Below are positions 1-12,541 of a DNA stretch of 64,000 nucleotides, piece by piece (positions within the stretch are counted from its first letter, which is position 1; every line of letters starts with the position of its first letter). This DNA comes from Octopus sinensis. Lineage: Eukaryota. The notes under the pieces are model-generated. The model saw only the letters and a list, made by a program, of their open reading frames with translations. It was not told the origin of the DNA and did no database searches. The position numbers were made by a program, and so were the translations under genes. The DNA is taken from contig NC_043005.1 in the NCBI RefSeq assembly GCF_006345805.1, positions 25,110,001 through 25,174,000 of the forward strand. Reading direction: 5' to 3'.

Positions 1-995
1 ACTTTGGGATCACACTTTCTACAGTTAATAGAGTGATTGAGGAATTCACCAGTGAGGGGAAGGAGTCCACATTATCCCACCCAGATCAACCAGGGCCCTC
101 TGACAGGACCCTTCTCTTTGCTAAGCTAAGTGTGGAGGATAATCTTCGTTGCGAGGACTCTGACATAGCAGAACAAGTTGATGTCAGTCCCAGAACTGCT
201 GTCAGGTATCTCCACAAACTTGGTTACTACGGCAGAGCAGTAAGAAAGAAGTCACTTCTTCGATCAGCCAGCATCAATTGGAGAAAAGATTAGGTCAGTG
301 AGATGGTGGAGAGGCCATTAGCATTTTGGGACACTGTCATATTCTCTGATGAGTCCAGATTTACTGTATTTCCTAACATTTGTCGAGTGTGGGTCTGGAG
401 ACTCTGTGATCAAGAATTTGATGTGAAAAGATTGCAGCCAATAATGAAACACGGCAGCTATTCTGTGATGGTCTGGTGAGCAATGGTCGATCATGGTGGA
501 GTGTGAGTGAAACAGAAACTCAGATAAATATGTGATCATAATGCAGAAAGGATTCCTTCCAATCTTCTCCAGTGATGAAATGATAAAAAAAGAGATTCTT
601 TATTTATGGAAGATAGGGCTTCTTGTCACACAGCTAACATGACCCAAGATTTGTTGCATGAGAATGGCATTAAAATGCTTCCATAGCCATGTCAGTCACC
701 AGATATGAACAGTATTGAACACCCCTGCGACATAATGGACAGGATACTGATATCTTCAAAGCCAGATATTTTGAGATTACAGCAAAAAACTTGGCAATAA
801 ATTCCGCAAGAGAATATTCGTCATCAGATCAGTAATATGCCTAATAGGGTCCTTGCATTGAAAAATGCAAAGAGCATGTCTACTAGATATTAAATATTCA
901 TATTATAACATTTGATAATGAATTTGAATATATAATTTCCGGTTTAAATAAATTTTAATGATTATAAGGGTGTCTATTTACTTCTGTTATGTCTG
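1..995 (+). mobile_element. Tc1-family (DD34E) DNA transposon remnant, transposase pseudogene with right terminus
   Basis: Broken reading frames give WDTVIFSDESRF, KHGSYSVMVW, FMEDRASCHTA, SPDMNSIEH and NMPNRVLALKNAK. Second D (612-614) and E (717-719) are in frame and separated by 34 codons. Ends in a Tc1-like terminus ...CTTCTGTTATGTCTG followed by TA (996-997). Left end lies outside the window. Confidence 0.85.
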
Positions 996-1373
996 TATAT
1001 ATACATAGTAAATCCATGGAAGAAGGTTCCGAAATGGCCATAACTCATAGGATTATAAGTGATTAAATATATTCATCTCTCATACCTCCTGACATTTTAT
1101 AAATTATATATTCCCTATGAAGCAATTTCATTGATAGGTGACACTTAGCGCTACATTTCTCGGTACCGGGTTACTTTGCGATCTGATAGCCGAGTCCTTT
1201 AGATGAGCTTTCTGCGATAGCCAATGATTTTCCGAATCCATATCTTATACTACAAATGTATGTATATCATTATTCAGTTTTATTTCAAGATTTCTTGTCA
1301 ATAGAGAAAGAACCGGTTTCTAACCTAGATCCAAGGCTCCTTCATGCGTATGTATGTATATATATGTACATAT

Positions 1374-1748
1374 ATGAATTAATAAATGGAGTTAAAAGCA
1401 GGCGTTATTAAAATCTTTATACTTCCGACATATGTTTCGAAGAAAACATTGGTATTATACCTGAGGGAATAAAATGATGTAAAAGAGTGTAACCATCTCG
1501 CCAGTGGAAAAAAAAGTTTTTTTAAAAGATAACTTGCCATCGCTCCCTTCATTATATACGCGGTAATCACATTCGGTTAAAATGGCTTATTGATGTGTTT
1601 TGTTTCACTTTTTTCCCCTGATGAGATGATTACATTGTTTTACATCATTTTATGCCCTCAGGAATAATATCAATGTTTTCTTCGAAACATATGTCGGAAG
1701 TATAAAGATTTGAATAACACCTGCGTTTAACTACATTCGTTAATTTAT
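1374..1748. mobile_element. Fold-back / MITE-like element with ~140-bp inverted arms
   Basis: 1374-1516 is the reverse complement of 1608-1748 with scattered mismatches. A 41-bp core is perfect (1411-1451 vs 1671-1711). Spacer ~90 bp. Confidence 0.75.
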
Positions 1749-2720
1749 CTGTTAATCAAAAACATTTCACTAAACCCTGGAATTTCTACCTTTATAAGTA
1801 GGCTGTAGCATTCTTGGCACTTACGTGAAATTTTGTTACTCTGATAACTATTTATTTATTGTTGTAGACATTGAAAAATACACATACAGTTATGTACATA
1901 TATGTGTATATGCATATATATACATATGTACATATGTGTGTTCATGTATATATATATGTGCATATTTGTTATGCTTTTATATACATTTATGTATTGAAGT
2001 GTAGTTTTATTTGTCGACATAACGTCCTTTCAGACTTGGAGCTGAACTTCAACAACAACAACAACAACAGCAGCAAGAATAACATGGAATTAGAAAGAAA
2101 CCATGGATTAAAAACCCTTCTATAGAAGACACAAATTTCCATTAAGAGCAAGGCATCCTTCCCTTTAAACATTCGGCCATCTTGTGCTCTCTAGAGAGCG
2201 AGAACTAAGCTTATAGTCTACATTCAATAGCAAAGAGAGAGCAAAGTTATTGATGGCTTAATGACAAACTGTCGGAAAACGTGTAAATTATGAAGAGATT
2301 CTTAGCATGAACAGATTCATTCTGAAAACACTTCTTAAGAGGAAGAAACTGGCCAAAATCAAATAGGCAGAACTGGAATTGTCTGGACATTTCTAGAATG
2401 TTCTGCTCGGTATTTGCGTTAGCTATAGATAAAAGCGAAATTATTTTTAAATGTAATAGTCAAACTAGAGTTAGTTTACTTAAGATTCAGTCAAGCGACT
2501 GAAACCAACTGAATGCTTCTGTTATAAATTTATTAAACAAGATATGCTACATATGTCATGTGCATCATTGTGTTGCTAATGTCAGATGTGTTAAATATCA
2601 AATTCTTTCGATTAGGCTTCAGACGCAATTGAATTTGTTAAGTTTAGCAATGATCAAATAGACTCGTATTATAACTGCTTATAACTGTTATATAACTACA
2701 TATTATAATTGGTGCATATT

Positions 2721-2753
<33 letters not shown>

Positions 2754-2914
2754 ATTATAACTCATCGTTGTACATATAGATGTATCATACTTGCTTGAAA
2801 GACGACGATATGACAAGTTCGTTGGTGCGTTGCTATACTTCACCTTCAGTGTTCAGTTCTGGCAAAGGTCAATGTTTAGCTGACTTTCTTTTTCGGTGTC
2901 GATAAAATAATATC

Positions 2915-2953
<39 letters not shown>

Positions 2954-2955
2954 AA

Positions 2956-2986
<31 letters not shown>

Positions 2987-3832
2987 CACAACACACACAC
3001 ACGAACACACATGCACGTACACGCACGTACATTCACACACATATAAAGCTTTGGATTAATCCAAGTAAATCAGAGCTTGCTTTCTACGATGGAGTACCTA
3101 AGACGGAAAGTATCCAGAAGAAATCTAACTGGATCCGCGCATGCCTACCTGCGTCCACCTAAATACCTGCAACAAGCTCATACTCATTTGCAAGCAAGTT
3201 AGCTCAGATCTTTAAACTCATTTTAAAACTGTGTGTTGGTATAGAAATTGTCGTTGGCATCCCTCGTTTATGCGCCACTTTATAGGTAGAGCTTTTTCCA
3301 CAACGCAACACTGCAGCAGAAGAGGTACAACATCGTGTTCTGCTCGGAGCCGCAGCAGCCTGTTGTCTACTGTCTACGCTCCACTCCAATAGAATGCTTA
3401 TACTGTCGGACAAAGTGCAGACAGATATCAGCAAATATCTGCCTTGAATTAAGTAATACATGCGCTTAGTATTCCATCAAAGTCCTAGCTGTTGTTTTGT
3501 TACCAGGTCAGATGTCAACGTATTTCACTCATCGTGCGTATCGAATGATTTTGTCTCGCTCGAATCGAAGTCTACTCGCTTTTGCTCCGACAACACAACC
3601 TTCATATTTCACCTCAAATAACAGCCCCATACACTTTTAATGGATTTATAAAGTGTTTCACCATTTCTCGTGTGATCTTCACAGAAGTCTTACTGCTGTA
3701 ATCTTTGAGAGGATTATCATCTATTCAATGACTATTTTCTCTGTAAATTTGAGGAACATGCCTACACAATATCGCCTTTCTCAACACATCCAACGACTAG
3801 GTAGCAGAACTCTGCTAGCTCTTTATCTATAT

Positions 3833-3881
<49 letters not shown>

Positions 3882-3904
3882 GTATGTATATAAACTTAGA
3901 TAAA

Positions 3905-4228
3905 CTTAGATATGTTTCGACTAAAGATTGGTCCAGGCCGTGTCTAACTTAATAGCATCATTTGCACCTGATAGGATTATCTAAATCCTGTTTAAATCAA
4001 GTTTAGTTTTGCTCATGGTCTATTCAAGTAGTGAGTTCTTGTTGAGTGAGTTGTATCCAGGTATGGGTGGCTTATCCGGTATTCCTTGAAGAAATCTGTC
4101 CAGACTCCGTTTAAAGATGATGGGATCATTTTCCTCTCTGATCTCTTTCAGGGACAATGTTAAACAGGGCAGGGCCTGTTGAGGAAAATATATTGTGTCG
4201 CAGTGTACCTATATGTTGTGATCCTCGA
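3905..4228 (-). mobile_element. 3' fragment of a CR1/Jockey-group LINE (RT C-terminus and 3' UTR)
   Basis: Minus-strand translation across a frameshift gives TLRHNIFSSTGPALFNIVP...FKRSLDRFLQGIPDKPPIPGYNSLNKNSLLE, typical of the C-terminal end of these LINEs. Confidence 0.65.
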
Positions 4229-4259
4229 TGTGTGTGTGTGTGTGTGTGTGTGTAAGTGT

Positions 4260-4550
4260 GTGAATACGTGTCTGTACTTGTCTGTATTAACACACACACA
4301 CGATGGACTTTGCCAAACGACCTGCACAAATGATTGGTTTATGGTGATCAAATGTATGTGCCGCCATATTAGCTCGCTCTCTTCATCAAATCGGTTTTGC
4401 CTGAACAGGCGCAAAGTGAGTCACGCGTCGACGAGATCGCACATCAACGCGAGATTAAGTGTCTTGCTTGAGAACACAACTCACCACCCAGTTTAGGAAT
4501 TGAAACTACGATCACGCTGTCGTGAGTGAAACACCCTAACCACTAGGCCA

Positions 4551-4553
<3 letters not shown>
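4260..4553 (-). mobile_element. Degenerate tRNA-derived SINE with CORE-like motif
   Basis: Minus strand has A-box TGGCCTAGTGG, B-box-like GTTTCAATTCC, then GTGTTCTCAAGCAAGACACTT resembling the CORE-SINE motif. Confidence 0.6.
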
Positions 4554-4611
<58 letters not shown>

Positions 4612-4624
4612 CTTACACACACAC

Positions 4625-4666
<42 letters not shown>

Positions 4667-6503
4667 CTAGCAGAGTTAACCGGTGTTGCCCGTGTTACAT
4701 GCAATTGAAGAATTAGACTTTTCTGTTATATTTTCTGTAATGAACTGGAATATCTATGTTTCGAATTTCATCAAAATTGCAGATGAGAGCTATTTCCCCC
4801 TGTACACACCCTGAAATATTGTAATCGTGCCACATGTATCACAAACTACTGATTTTTATGCACATGTTCCAAAATTCCAGTCTTATTAAACCTGTAAAAA
4901 GGATTTTGCTTCTGAAAAATGGAGATCATGGAACTCTAAAATGTGAGAGTTAAGGCTCCTATTGGGGTTGGGCGTCTTAATGTCAACCAGAGAAGTTGAA
5001 TTGTTGAGAATCTTTTTAACTTGGGTTCTATATCTATTGTTTGAATTTCTTTGAAATAGGAAATATATGTTCACTGGGTCTGTAAAAGAGAGCAAAGCTA
5101 TAGGAAACCAAATGACGAATGATCACAATAAGCAGTCAGCTACCCTACCCTAGTCGTTACCCCTCCCAATGTAGTATTCCTCAACATCCAGGTGACAGGC
5201 ACAGCCGTAAGATGCATTGCGAATCTATAGCAATTGGAAGGGCGTAACCCAACTGAAATAAACATTAACAACTGTGTGACGTGAGGGCTAAGGAGAAATG
5301 AAAGTTGGAGTTTGCGAATGACCACTGTACTGATACGTTACTGGACAGAATAAATTTACAATCTATAAATGTCATCGAATAACCAGTCACTCATCTGGGA
5401 AGGCATTGAAATCAATGTTACCATCTGGGGACTATGGGTAACCCAGTGATAATAAAAAGACTCAAAGGTCTGCAATCAAATAACTTTACTCAACACTTTG
5501 CAACTGAATCAGTGGAAGCAAAGATGCCTCTCATTTACTTGACAATTTATGCAGCACATTGCAGAAATCACAACCTAAGTGTATGTCAAAGCAAACTCTT
5601 ACACTGTTGTACCATTGAATTACAAATAATGCTCATCTTCTATGCTCGGGTGACCCTACTGCTTCCAAGATTATAAGTGTATTCGTCTTTGCTTAGATAA
5701 AATGACTAAATTGTGGGTGTTAAGTCCCCATGAAGGGGTCTTTCTAACTTGTAAGAAGTTGAAATTTTATAAATATTACTTCATTTGTATCTAATATGTA
5801 TGGTTAAAATTTCAACAACAGCAAAAATATATAAATTTTCATGGGATTACGGCCCTTATGCATAGAATATAATTTCCAAATATCCTAAAGATCCATTCGG
5901 TACTTTTGACTTAGTTTTGGATTATATATATACACATATATACATGTAAATTTACATTTAAAATAACAAGGGTGAAAAATTGAATATTAATTTGATTAAT
6001 ATCAATTTAAAACCAATGGTGTAGTATATTGAAAAGTATGAAGTTTCAGAAAAATCTATATTACATACATATAAAAGTCATAGACATTCATTATGCTAGA
6101 AGTGTAAGTGAACATCCATTATGGTAGAAGATCCAATATGGTCTTACCATTCCTTTGTTAGTGGTGAGACCATAGCGGATCTTCTTCTAGCAAAATGGAT
6201 GTCTACTCTTAATGGTTCATCCCTCTTATATAACAGTTTGACTTTACTAGTTTCGGTATTAAAGTCAAGGCATCTGACAGTTTCACTTTTAACACGTAAT
6301 ACTGAAATAGTGGAGAAGATATGATATTTATTGCTGTGGACTCACCCTAGGCAAGATGTTAAAAATGTTTTTGCCCATGACACTACATGAACCCTAAGTA
6401 AGGCATGTGTAAACTTTGAATGAAATTGGTTGTGTAGTTCTCAAGTTTTAGGGATTCACACAGACAGACAGACACACATTCTCAGTTTTATATATATATA
6501 TAA
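4667..6503 (-). mobile_element. Non-autonomous Helitron (~1.8 kb)
   Basis: Minus strand begins TATATATATAAAACTGAGAATGTGTGTCTGTCTGTCTG and ends ACACGGGCAACACCGGTTAACTCTG-CTAG followed by T. The 3' end resembles that of the Helitron at 42735-43124. The expected 5' TC is not clean. Confidence 0.7.
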
Positions 6504-6659
6504 ATTAGAAATATTAAATTTCTAAATATATAAGTCATTTTAAATATATTTTTATAAAAAAAACTCGCTAAATAATCCGTTTAAGTGTTTGTAGTGTCCT
6601 GTGTTGTCCCTTCTATGTTTGATTGTAATACTCGTAATAAAGAGAGAAGGCCATTCTAC

Positions 6660-6705
6660 TCTAGCCTGATGACGAATAAGACTCAGAAACATGCATGTCT
6701 CTAGA
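6660..6705 (+). ncRNA. Degenerate minimal type-I hammerhead ribozyme-like motif
   Basis: TCTAGC-CTGATGA-(CGAATAAGACTCA)-GAAA-CATGCATG-TC-TCTAGA: intact core boxes, palindromic stem III and 5-bp stem I, but weak stem II and a mismatch at the first stem I pair. Confidence 0.35.
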
Positions 6706-6867
6706 TGCTGGCCTAGCTGTTGGGGGTGCTTGTCTCCCCTTCGCAAATATAAGGACGCAGGAAATGTGTCAAAGCTGACAGGAAGCGTCGATGCTTCCTA
6801 GGGCTAACTAGCAGTGGTGTGATTCCCCTTACGGGACTGTCTCGTTAAGTTGACAGTATACAACTGG

Positions 6868-6920
<53 letters not shown>

Positions 6921-6939
6921 ATATATATATATATATATA

Positions 6940-6983
<44 letters not shown>

Positions 6984-7127
6984 TTAAGCAACTTGTTGCA
7001 AAAAACCCTTATTATTATAATTATGTAAATTTTTATCGAATATTGTCCTTTTCCATACCGAAATACTAGTAGGTGAAATTTGTTGATTTTACTAAATTAA
7101 TTATATTTCACCCTATATCTGTAATGA

Positions 7128-7187
<60 letters not shown>

Positions 7188-7524
7188 CATATATGTATAC
7201 ACACATACACACACACACGCCCGTCCGCACACAGACATTCACACACAAACACGCACCCACACACACATAACAAATATGAATATATTTTTGTATATTTAGG
7301 CAAATTGCCAGATTCATTTGAGCGTCAAATAAAAATTCATGCGGAATATGTTTCCCCTCTCTGGACTTGATCCGGATAATTTACCTGGTAACTTATTAGT
7401 GAACCCAAAAAATACGAAAAGTAAATTTGACCTCGGGGTGATTTGAACTCAGAGAGCAGAGAACCGGAATGTATTTTACATGGTATTCAATTTCACATTC
7501 TAATGAATCTAAGAATTCGCCTGC

Positions 7525-7790
<266 letters not shown>

Positions 7791-9725
7791 CATCTACTAA
7801 CGCGGAAGTGCGGGACGCGATGGCAGAATGCTGGAGGGACACATCGCCGGGTTTCGATGGTCTACACTACGAGCTTTATCGTTGTATGCCAGACTTATTA
7901 GGAGACGCCTTGGCAGCGGTGTACTGTAACTGGCAGCAAAACGGGAGCATCGTCGGTTTAGTGAGCCGAGGAGCCGTAACACTGCTGAAAAAAGATCCAA
8001 ACAAGGGGGACGTAATAGATAAGCTTAGGCTTATCAATCTGCTTAATGCAGACTTAAAAATTTTGGCCAAGGTGTTAGCCAAGAGGTTGGCGCTTGTCAT
8101 CGAGAAACTGGTCAACGAGTCGCAAACGGGCCTGAGCATCCATGACAACCTCCATCTGATGCGCTACATCATAGACAGGGTAGTTAAGGAACCTGGCATG
8201 GGTGGGGGCCTGATCAATTTGGATCAATCGAAAGCTTTCGATAGGGTAGACCATCGATTCTTGGAGGCTGTCCTCATAGCGGCTGGTTTCGGTCCCGTCT
8301 TCCGCGGCTGGATAGCTGCTTTGTACAGAGGCATCCGTTCGGTAATTCACGTAAATGGACATCTATCGAGACCTTTCGACATTGCACGTTCGGGCCGTCA
8401 GGGATACCCCCTCTCGTCGCTTCTATACGTATTGACTCTCGAGCCATTACTGCGGAAGCTGGTGACTCTGAGGGGCATCTCGCAAGAATTGGGATGCAGG
8501 ACGAGCGTGTCTGCATACGCAAACGACGTCACCGTCATAGTGTCTAGCCAAAAGCACATCGAGCTGGTCAGCGAGACACTGAAGGTCTATGAAGCGGCAA
8601 CAGGAGCAAAAATCAACCGGGAAAAGTCAGTGGACGGCATGGGCTCGGCACCTGGAGAAGCAAACCCTTGTCGTCCATCAGCGCCTCCGTCGTGGGACGC
8701 TGGACCAACGGTCCGGTCGAGTTGCTCGGGGTCTGGTTTGGTCCGGACCTTCAAATGGAGAAAAACTGGAACGAGATAACGAGTAGGGTGGTCACTCTCG
8801 ACCGGCAATGAGCCGAGAGGAAGTTGTCCCTGAAAGATCGGGCGGAGGTGGTGAACACGAACATCGCGTCCGTCATCTACTACCGCCTGACCGTCGTGCC
8901 TTGTCCCGACCCTACCATCACCAAACTAGAATACATTCTCTTCCGCTTCTTGTGGAAAGGAGGCGCTCCGATGGTCAGGCGATCCAATTGCTGTCAACAC
9001 CCGTAAAAAGGAAGCCTGGGCATGCCATGGTTGATGATGTGCAGACACGCACTGAGACTGCCTCTCCGGTTCTACGTAGACTCTGTTGAGGAGGTTTGAT
9101 AACCGTTTGTGAAGCACGCTTTCCAGCAGCTCGTTTCCATGTGGATCAAAAAGAGGCCGAGGAAGGGCGAATGGTACCGCGAGTGTCGCGTTGCTCTCAA
9201 GCAACTATGCCGTCCCTGGTCGACCTTGAGCAACTTCAACACAACCAAAGCGTTCTATAGGGAATTAGTGGTGGGGAGGTACGACGACGATCTCGGAGCG
9301 AACCTGGGCGTCGACGAGGAATACCTGCCCAGCCTGTTCAACACGACTTTCGGACTGGGACCTATGGACAACTTCCAGAGATCCCTGGCCTGTCAGTGCT
9401 ATCGAGAAGCGCTACCCGTTCGGGATAAGCTGTACAGACATGGCTCGAATATTGCCCAAGGTTCCCGTGGCCTTTTCCGTAGGCTTTTCTATCCACGGAC
9501 AAACTTAATCTATTTTCCCTTTTTCATTGACATACACGATCCCTATTGATCGGCCCCACTTTTTTTTTCACGATCCCTTTTGATCGGAATCCTCCCTTTT
9601 TTTCGCGATCCCTTTTGATCGGAATTGGCCCCTTCCTTTTCCTCCCTCCTCTTGTTCCCAAAAAGAAAAGCTCTCCTTTATATTTTGTCCTTTCTGTGTC
9701 TAGCCCTGCGTGGCCAATAAAGAAA
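7791..9725 (+). mobile_element. L1/Tx1-clade LINE copy A, 5'-truncated and degenerate (RT, part of post-RT region, 3' UTR)
   Basis: ORF 7469-8779 contains SPGFDGLHYELY, LLNADLKILAKVLAKRL, LDQSKAFDRVDH, RQGYPLSSLLY, AYANDV (YADD mutated) and GAKINREKS. Downstream sequence and 3' UTR are homologous to copies B and C and end AATAAAGAAA. Confidence 0.9.
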
Positions 9726-9741
9726 TCTACCTATCTGTCTG

Positions 9742-9806
<65 letters not shown>

Positions 9807-9870
9807 TTGTCTGTCTATCTATCCATCCATATATACATACATATCTGTTTGTCTGTCTGTCTGTCTCTAT
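9726..9870. repeat. (TATC)n/(TGTC)n microsatellite at the 3' junction of LINE copy A
   Basis: Directly visible. Confidence 0.95.
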
Positions 9871-10194
9871 ATATACACACATACATACATGGATACATTC
9901 AACAACACACATATATATGCATACATTTTACATATATACATATATATATATGTGTGTGTGTATGTGTGTGTCTGTATATATACATAGAAAAACATTCACT
10001 CACACACACACACACACACGCTTACCCAACATATGCCAAATATACATGCGATGTTTGTAATCAATAACAGGGTATCCTGCGACAATTCTTGAAAAAGTAA
10101 AATCTAAATAGATAAAATAAACAAAACAAAATAAAAGTTTCCCCCCACCCCACTTTATTTTCTTTCATAATCTTATGCTAACTTTCTTTTTCAG

Positions 10195-10272
10195 ACCTCA
10201 CAGATTGCTTGCTTCAACGCAGACTACAAAAATCTCCCAATCAACGATTGGTGGAGGGATGTTTTAGTTTAA
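10195..10272 (+). CDS. Possible small terminal coding exon of an unidentified host gene (TSQIACFNADYKNLPINDWWRDVLV*)
   Basis: Branch-point-like GCTAAC, polypyrimidine tract and TTCAG acceptor ending at 10194, then 25 non-repetitive codons to TAA and AT-rich UTR-like sequence. No partner exons identified. Confidence 0.2.
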   Translation, partial: TSQIACFNADYKNLPINDWWRDVLV

Positions 10273-10995
10273 TTTATGTTTATTTGTTATTTTTATGGAA
10301 GTTTTATTTTACTTATTTTTTTCTTAATTTAAAAAAAAAATGTCGTCTGTTTTTTTGATATTTTTCTTTTGTTACTCTTGTGTTATTGCTTTTTCGAATG
10401 TATCTTTTTAAAGCCATTTTGTAGTTTAAATATTTTTTTCTGTTCTGTTTGTTTGCTGATTCTTGTTTGTTCTTTAATTATTTTTCAAAAATTCTGCTAT
10501 TTTGTTTTTCTTTTACATTGCCCTTTTCTCTCTTCCTTTCTTCTTTCCTTCCTTCCTTCCTTCCTTCCTTCCTTTCGTCTTTTGTTTATTTCTTTCTTCT
10601 TTCGTCCTTTATTTCTTTGTGTCTTTCTCTCTTTGTTATTTTTTGCTTTCTTTCTTCAGGTCTTAGATGCAAAATCTCTCTCACTTCCTCTCTCTATGTC
10701 TCTATCTATGTCTCTGTGTGTGTGTCTGTCAATATGTGCGTTACAATCTATTTGTCCAGTTTTTTGTGTATATACATCTCTCTTCCTCTCTCTCACTTTT
10801 TTGTCAATATATCTATGTTTATACAATACACACACACACACATACATACATACATACATACGTACATATCTGTATGTGTATCCCTATAATGACCATGAGC
10901 ACCACTTTGGGTATCTATTTGTACTCCTATCCGAATATCTCGTCTTTTCTCTTTTCCCCACTCACTCACTCACTCACTCACCCACTCACTCGTTC

Positions 10996-10996
<1 letters not shown>

Positions 10997-11067
<71 letters not shown>

Positions 11068-11165
11068 GTTGTCTGTCTGTCTAGCTTTCTGTTTATCTAT
11101 CGGTCTATGTATGTATGTATGTATGTATGTATTTATCTATCTGTCTGTCTGTCTGCCTGCCTGTC
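10997..11165. repeat. (TATC)n-(TATG)n-(TGTC)n microsatellite
   Basis: Directly visible. Confidence 0.95.
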
Positions 11166-11333
11166 TGTCAGTCTGTCTGTCTGCCAGTCTGTCCAAAATG
11201 TGATAAATCGATTGATTTCTCGGTCCGTCTGTCAGTTGTTAAAACAACCATCTCGTTTTTTCTTCCTCGTCTGCCAGACGCACTCTTTCGCTCAGTCTCC
11301 CTTACAGTATTTACAATATTTACGGCCTTCGAA

Positions 11334-11525
11334 GGCGGAGCGCTGGCACAATCGTCAGCACGCTGCGCAACATGCTTATCGGCATTTCCTCTATAATTAG
11401 TTCTAAGTTCAAATTCCGTTGTGGTCGACTTTGCCTTTCATCCTTTTAGAGTCGATAAATTAAGTACCAGTTAAGCACTGGTATTGATGTAATCGTCTTA
11501 CCCTCTCATCGAAATTGCTGGCCGA
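11334..11525 (+). mobile_element. tRNA-derived SINE with central GTCGACTTTGCCTTTCATCC domain (Nin/Deu-like), degenerate
   Basis: Head GGCGGAGCGCTGGCACAATCGTCAGCACG, B-box-like GTTCAAATTCC and central domain shared with copies at 22296, 39397, 42515 and 63880. Confidence 0.75.
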
Positions 11526-12162
11526 TATTGCTGTCCCTGTACCATAATTTGAAGAAACCAATATTTACTCATTCGCTTAAATTATTCTCTTCATTTTCAG
11601 TTTTATTATTTACGTCATTCCAGTCACCAATTTCCCTCTTCTTCACTTCCACAAATTATTCGCACTACAACATTTTGTATTCAAAAGTATGGCCATTCCA
11701 CTCACTGGGTCGCAGTGATTCTGTCTGAGAGTTATGCTTAAGGGCACACAAGTATCTCAAACACCCAACCACTTATACGATAATCCATTTAACAGCAAAT
11801 TCAGTTGATCGCACAACTAAATTCTCATCGTTATAATACAGGGACAACCATTTATGTTTGTGTATGTATATGTATATATATAAGAAAAGGTGTAAATAAT
11901 GGCCATTACACATTTTTTTATTGTAATAAATTTGACTTACAACTGGTTCTAGTAGTCGTTATTAGTTCGTTATTGATAGGTTTGCTCAATTGGCCCATTG
12001 ATCGGTTGAGAAAAATTGAACGACCTATGAAATTGTTACTACGTTCGTCAGTCATTTCCGGTTATAACAAAGCATGTTATAACACTGAAGGAATGGTACA
12101 GGCATTGGTGGGAGCGGGTGGTAGAAGAGAGGCAATAAGAAACAGTATATAAATATAAATTG

Positions 12163-12541
12163 TTAGATAGATAGATAGAGGGATAGATAGATAGAGGGAT
12201 AGATAGATAGACAGATAGATATGTATGTAGATAGACAGATAGATAGATAGACAGATAGAGAGTGAGATAGATAGATAGACAGATACATAGATAGACAGAT
12301 AGATGGATAGATAGATAGATAAATAGATAGATAGTTAGACAGACAGATAGATAGTTAGACAGCCAGGCAGATGGATAGATAGATAAATAGATAAATAGAT
12401 TGATAGATAGATAAATAGATAGATAGTTAGACAGACAGATAGATAGTTAGACAGACAGACAGATAGATAGATAGATAGATAGTTAGATAGATAGACAGAT
12501 TGGAAGATAGATAGATAGTTAGATAGATAGACAGATAGGAA
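12163..12541. repeat. (GATA)n/(GACA)n microsatellite at the 3' junction of LINE copy B
   Basis: Directly visible. Confidence 0.95.
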
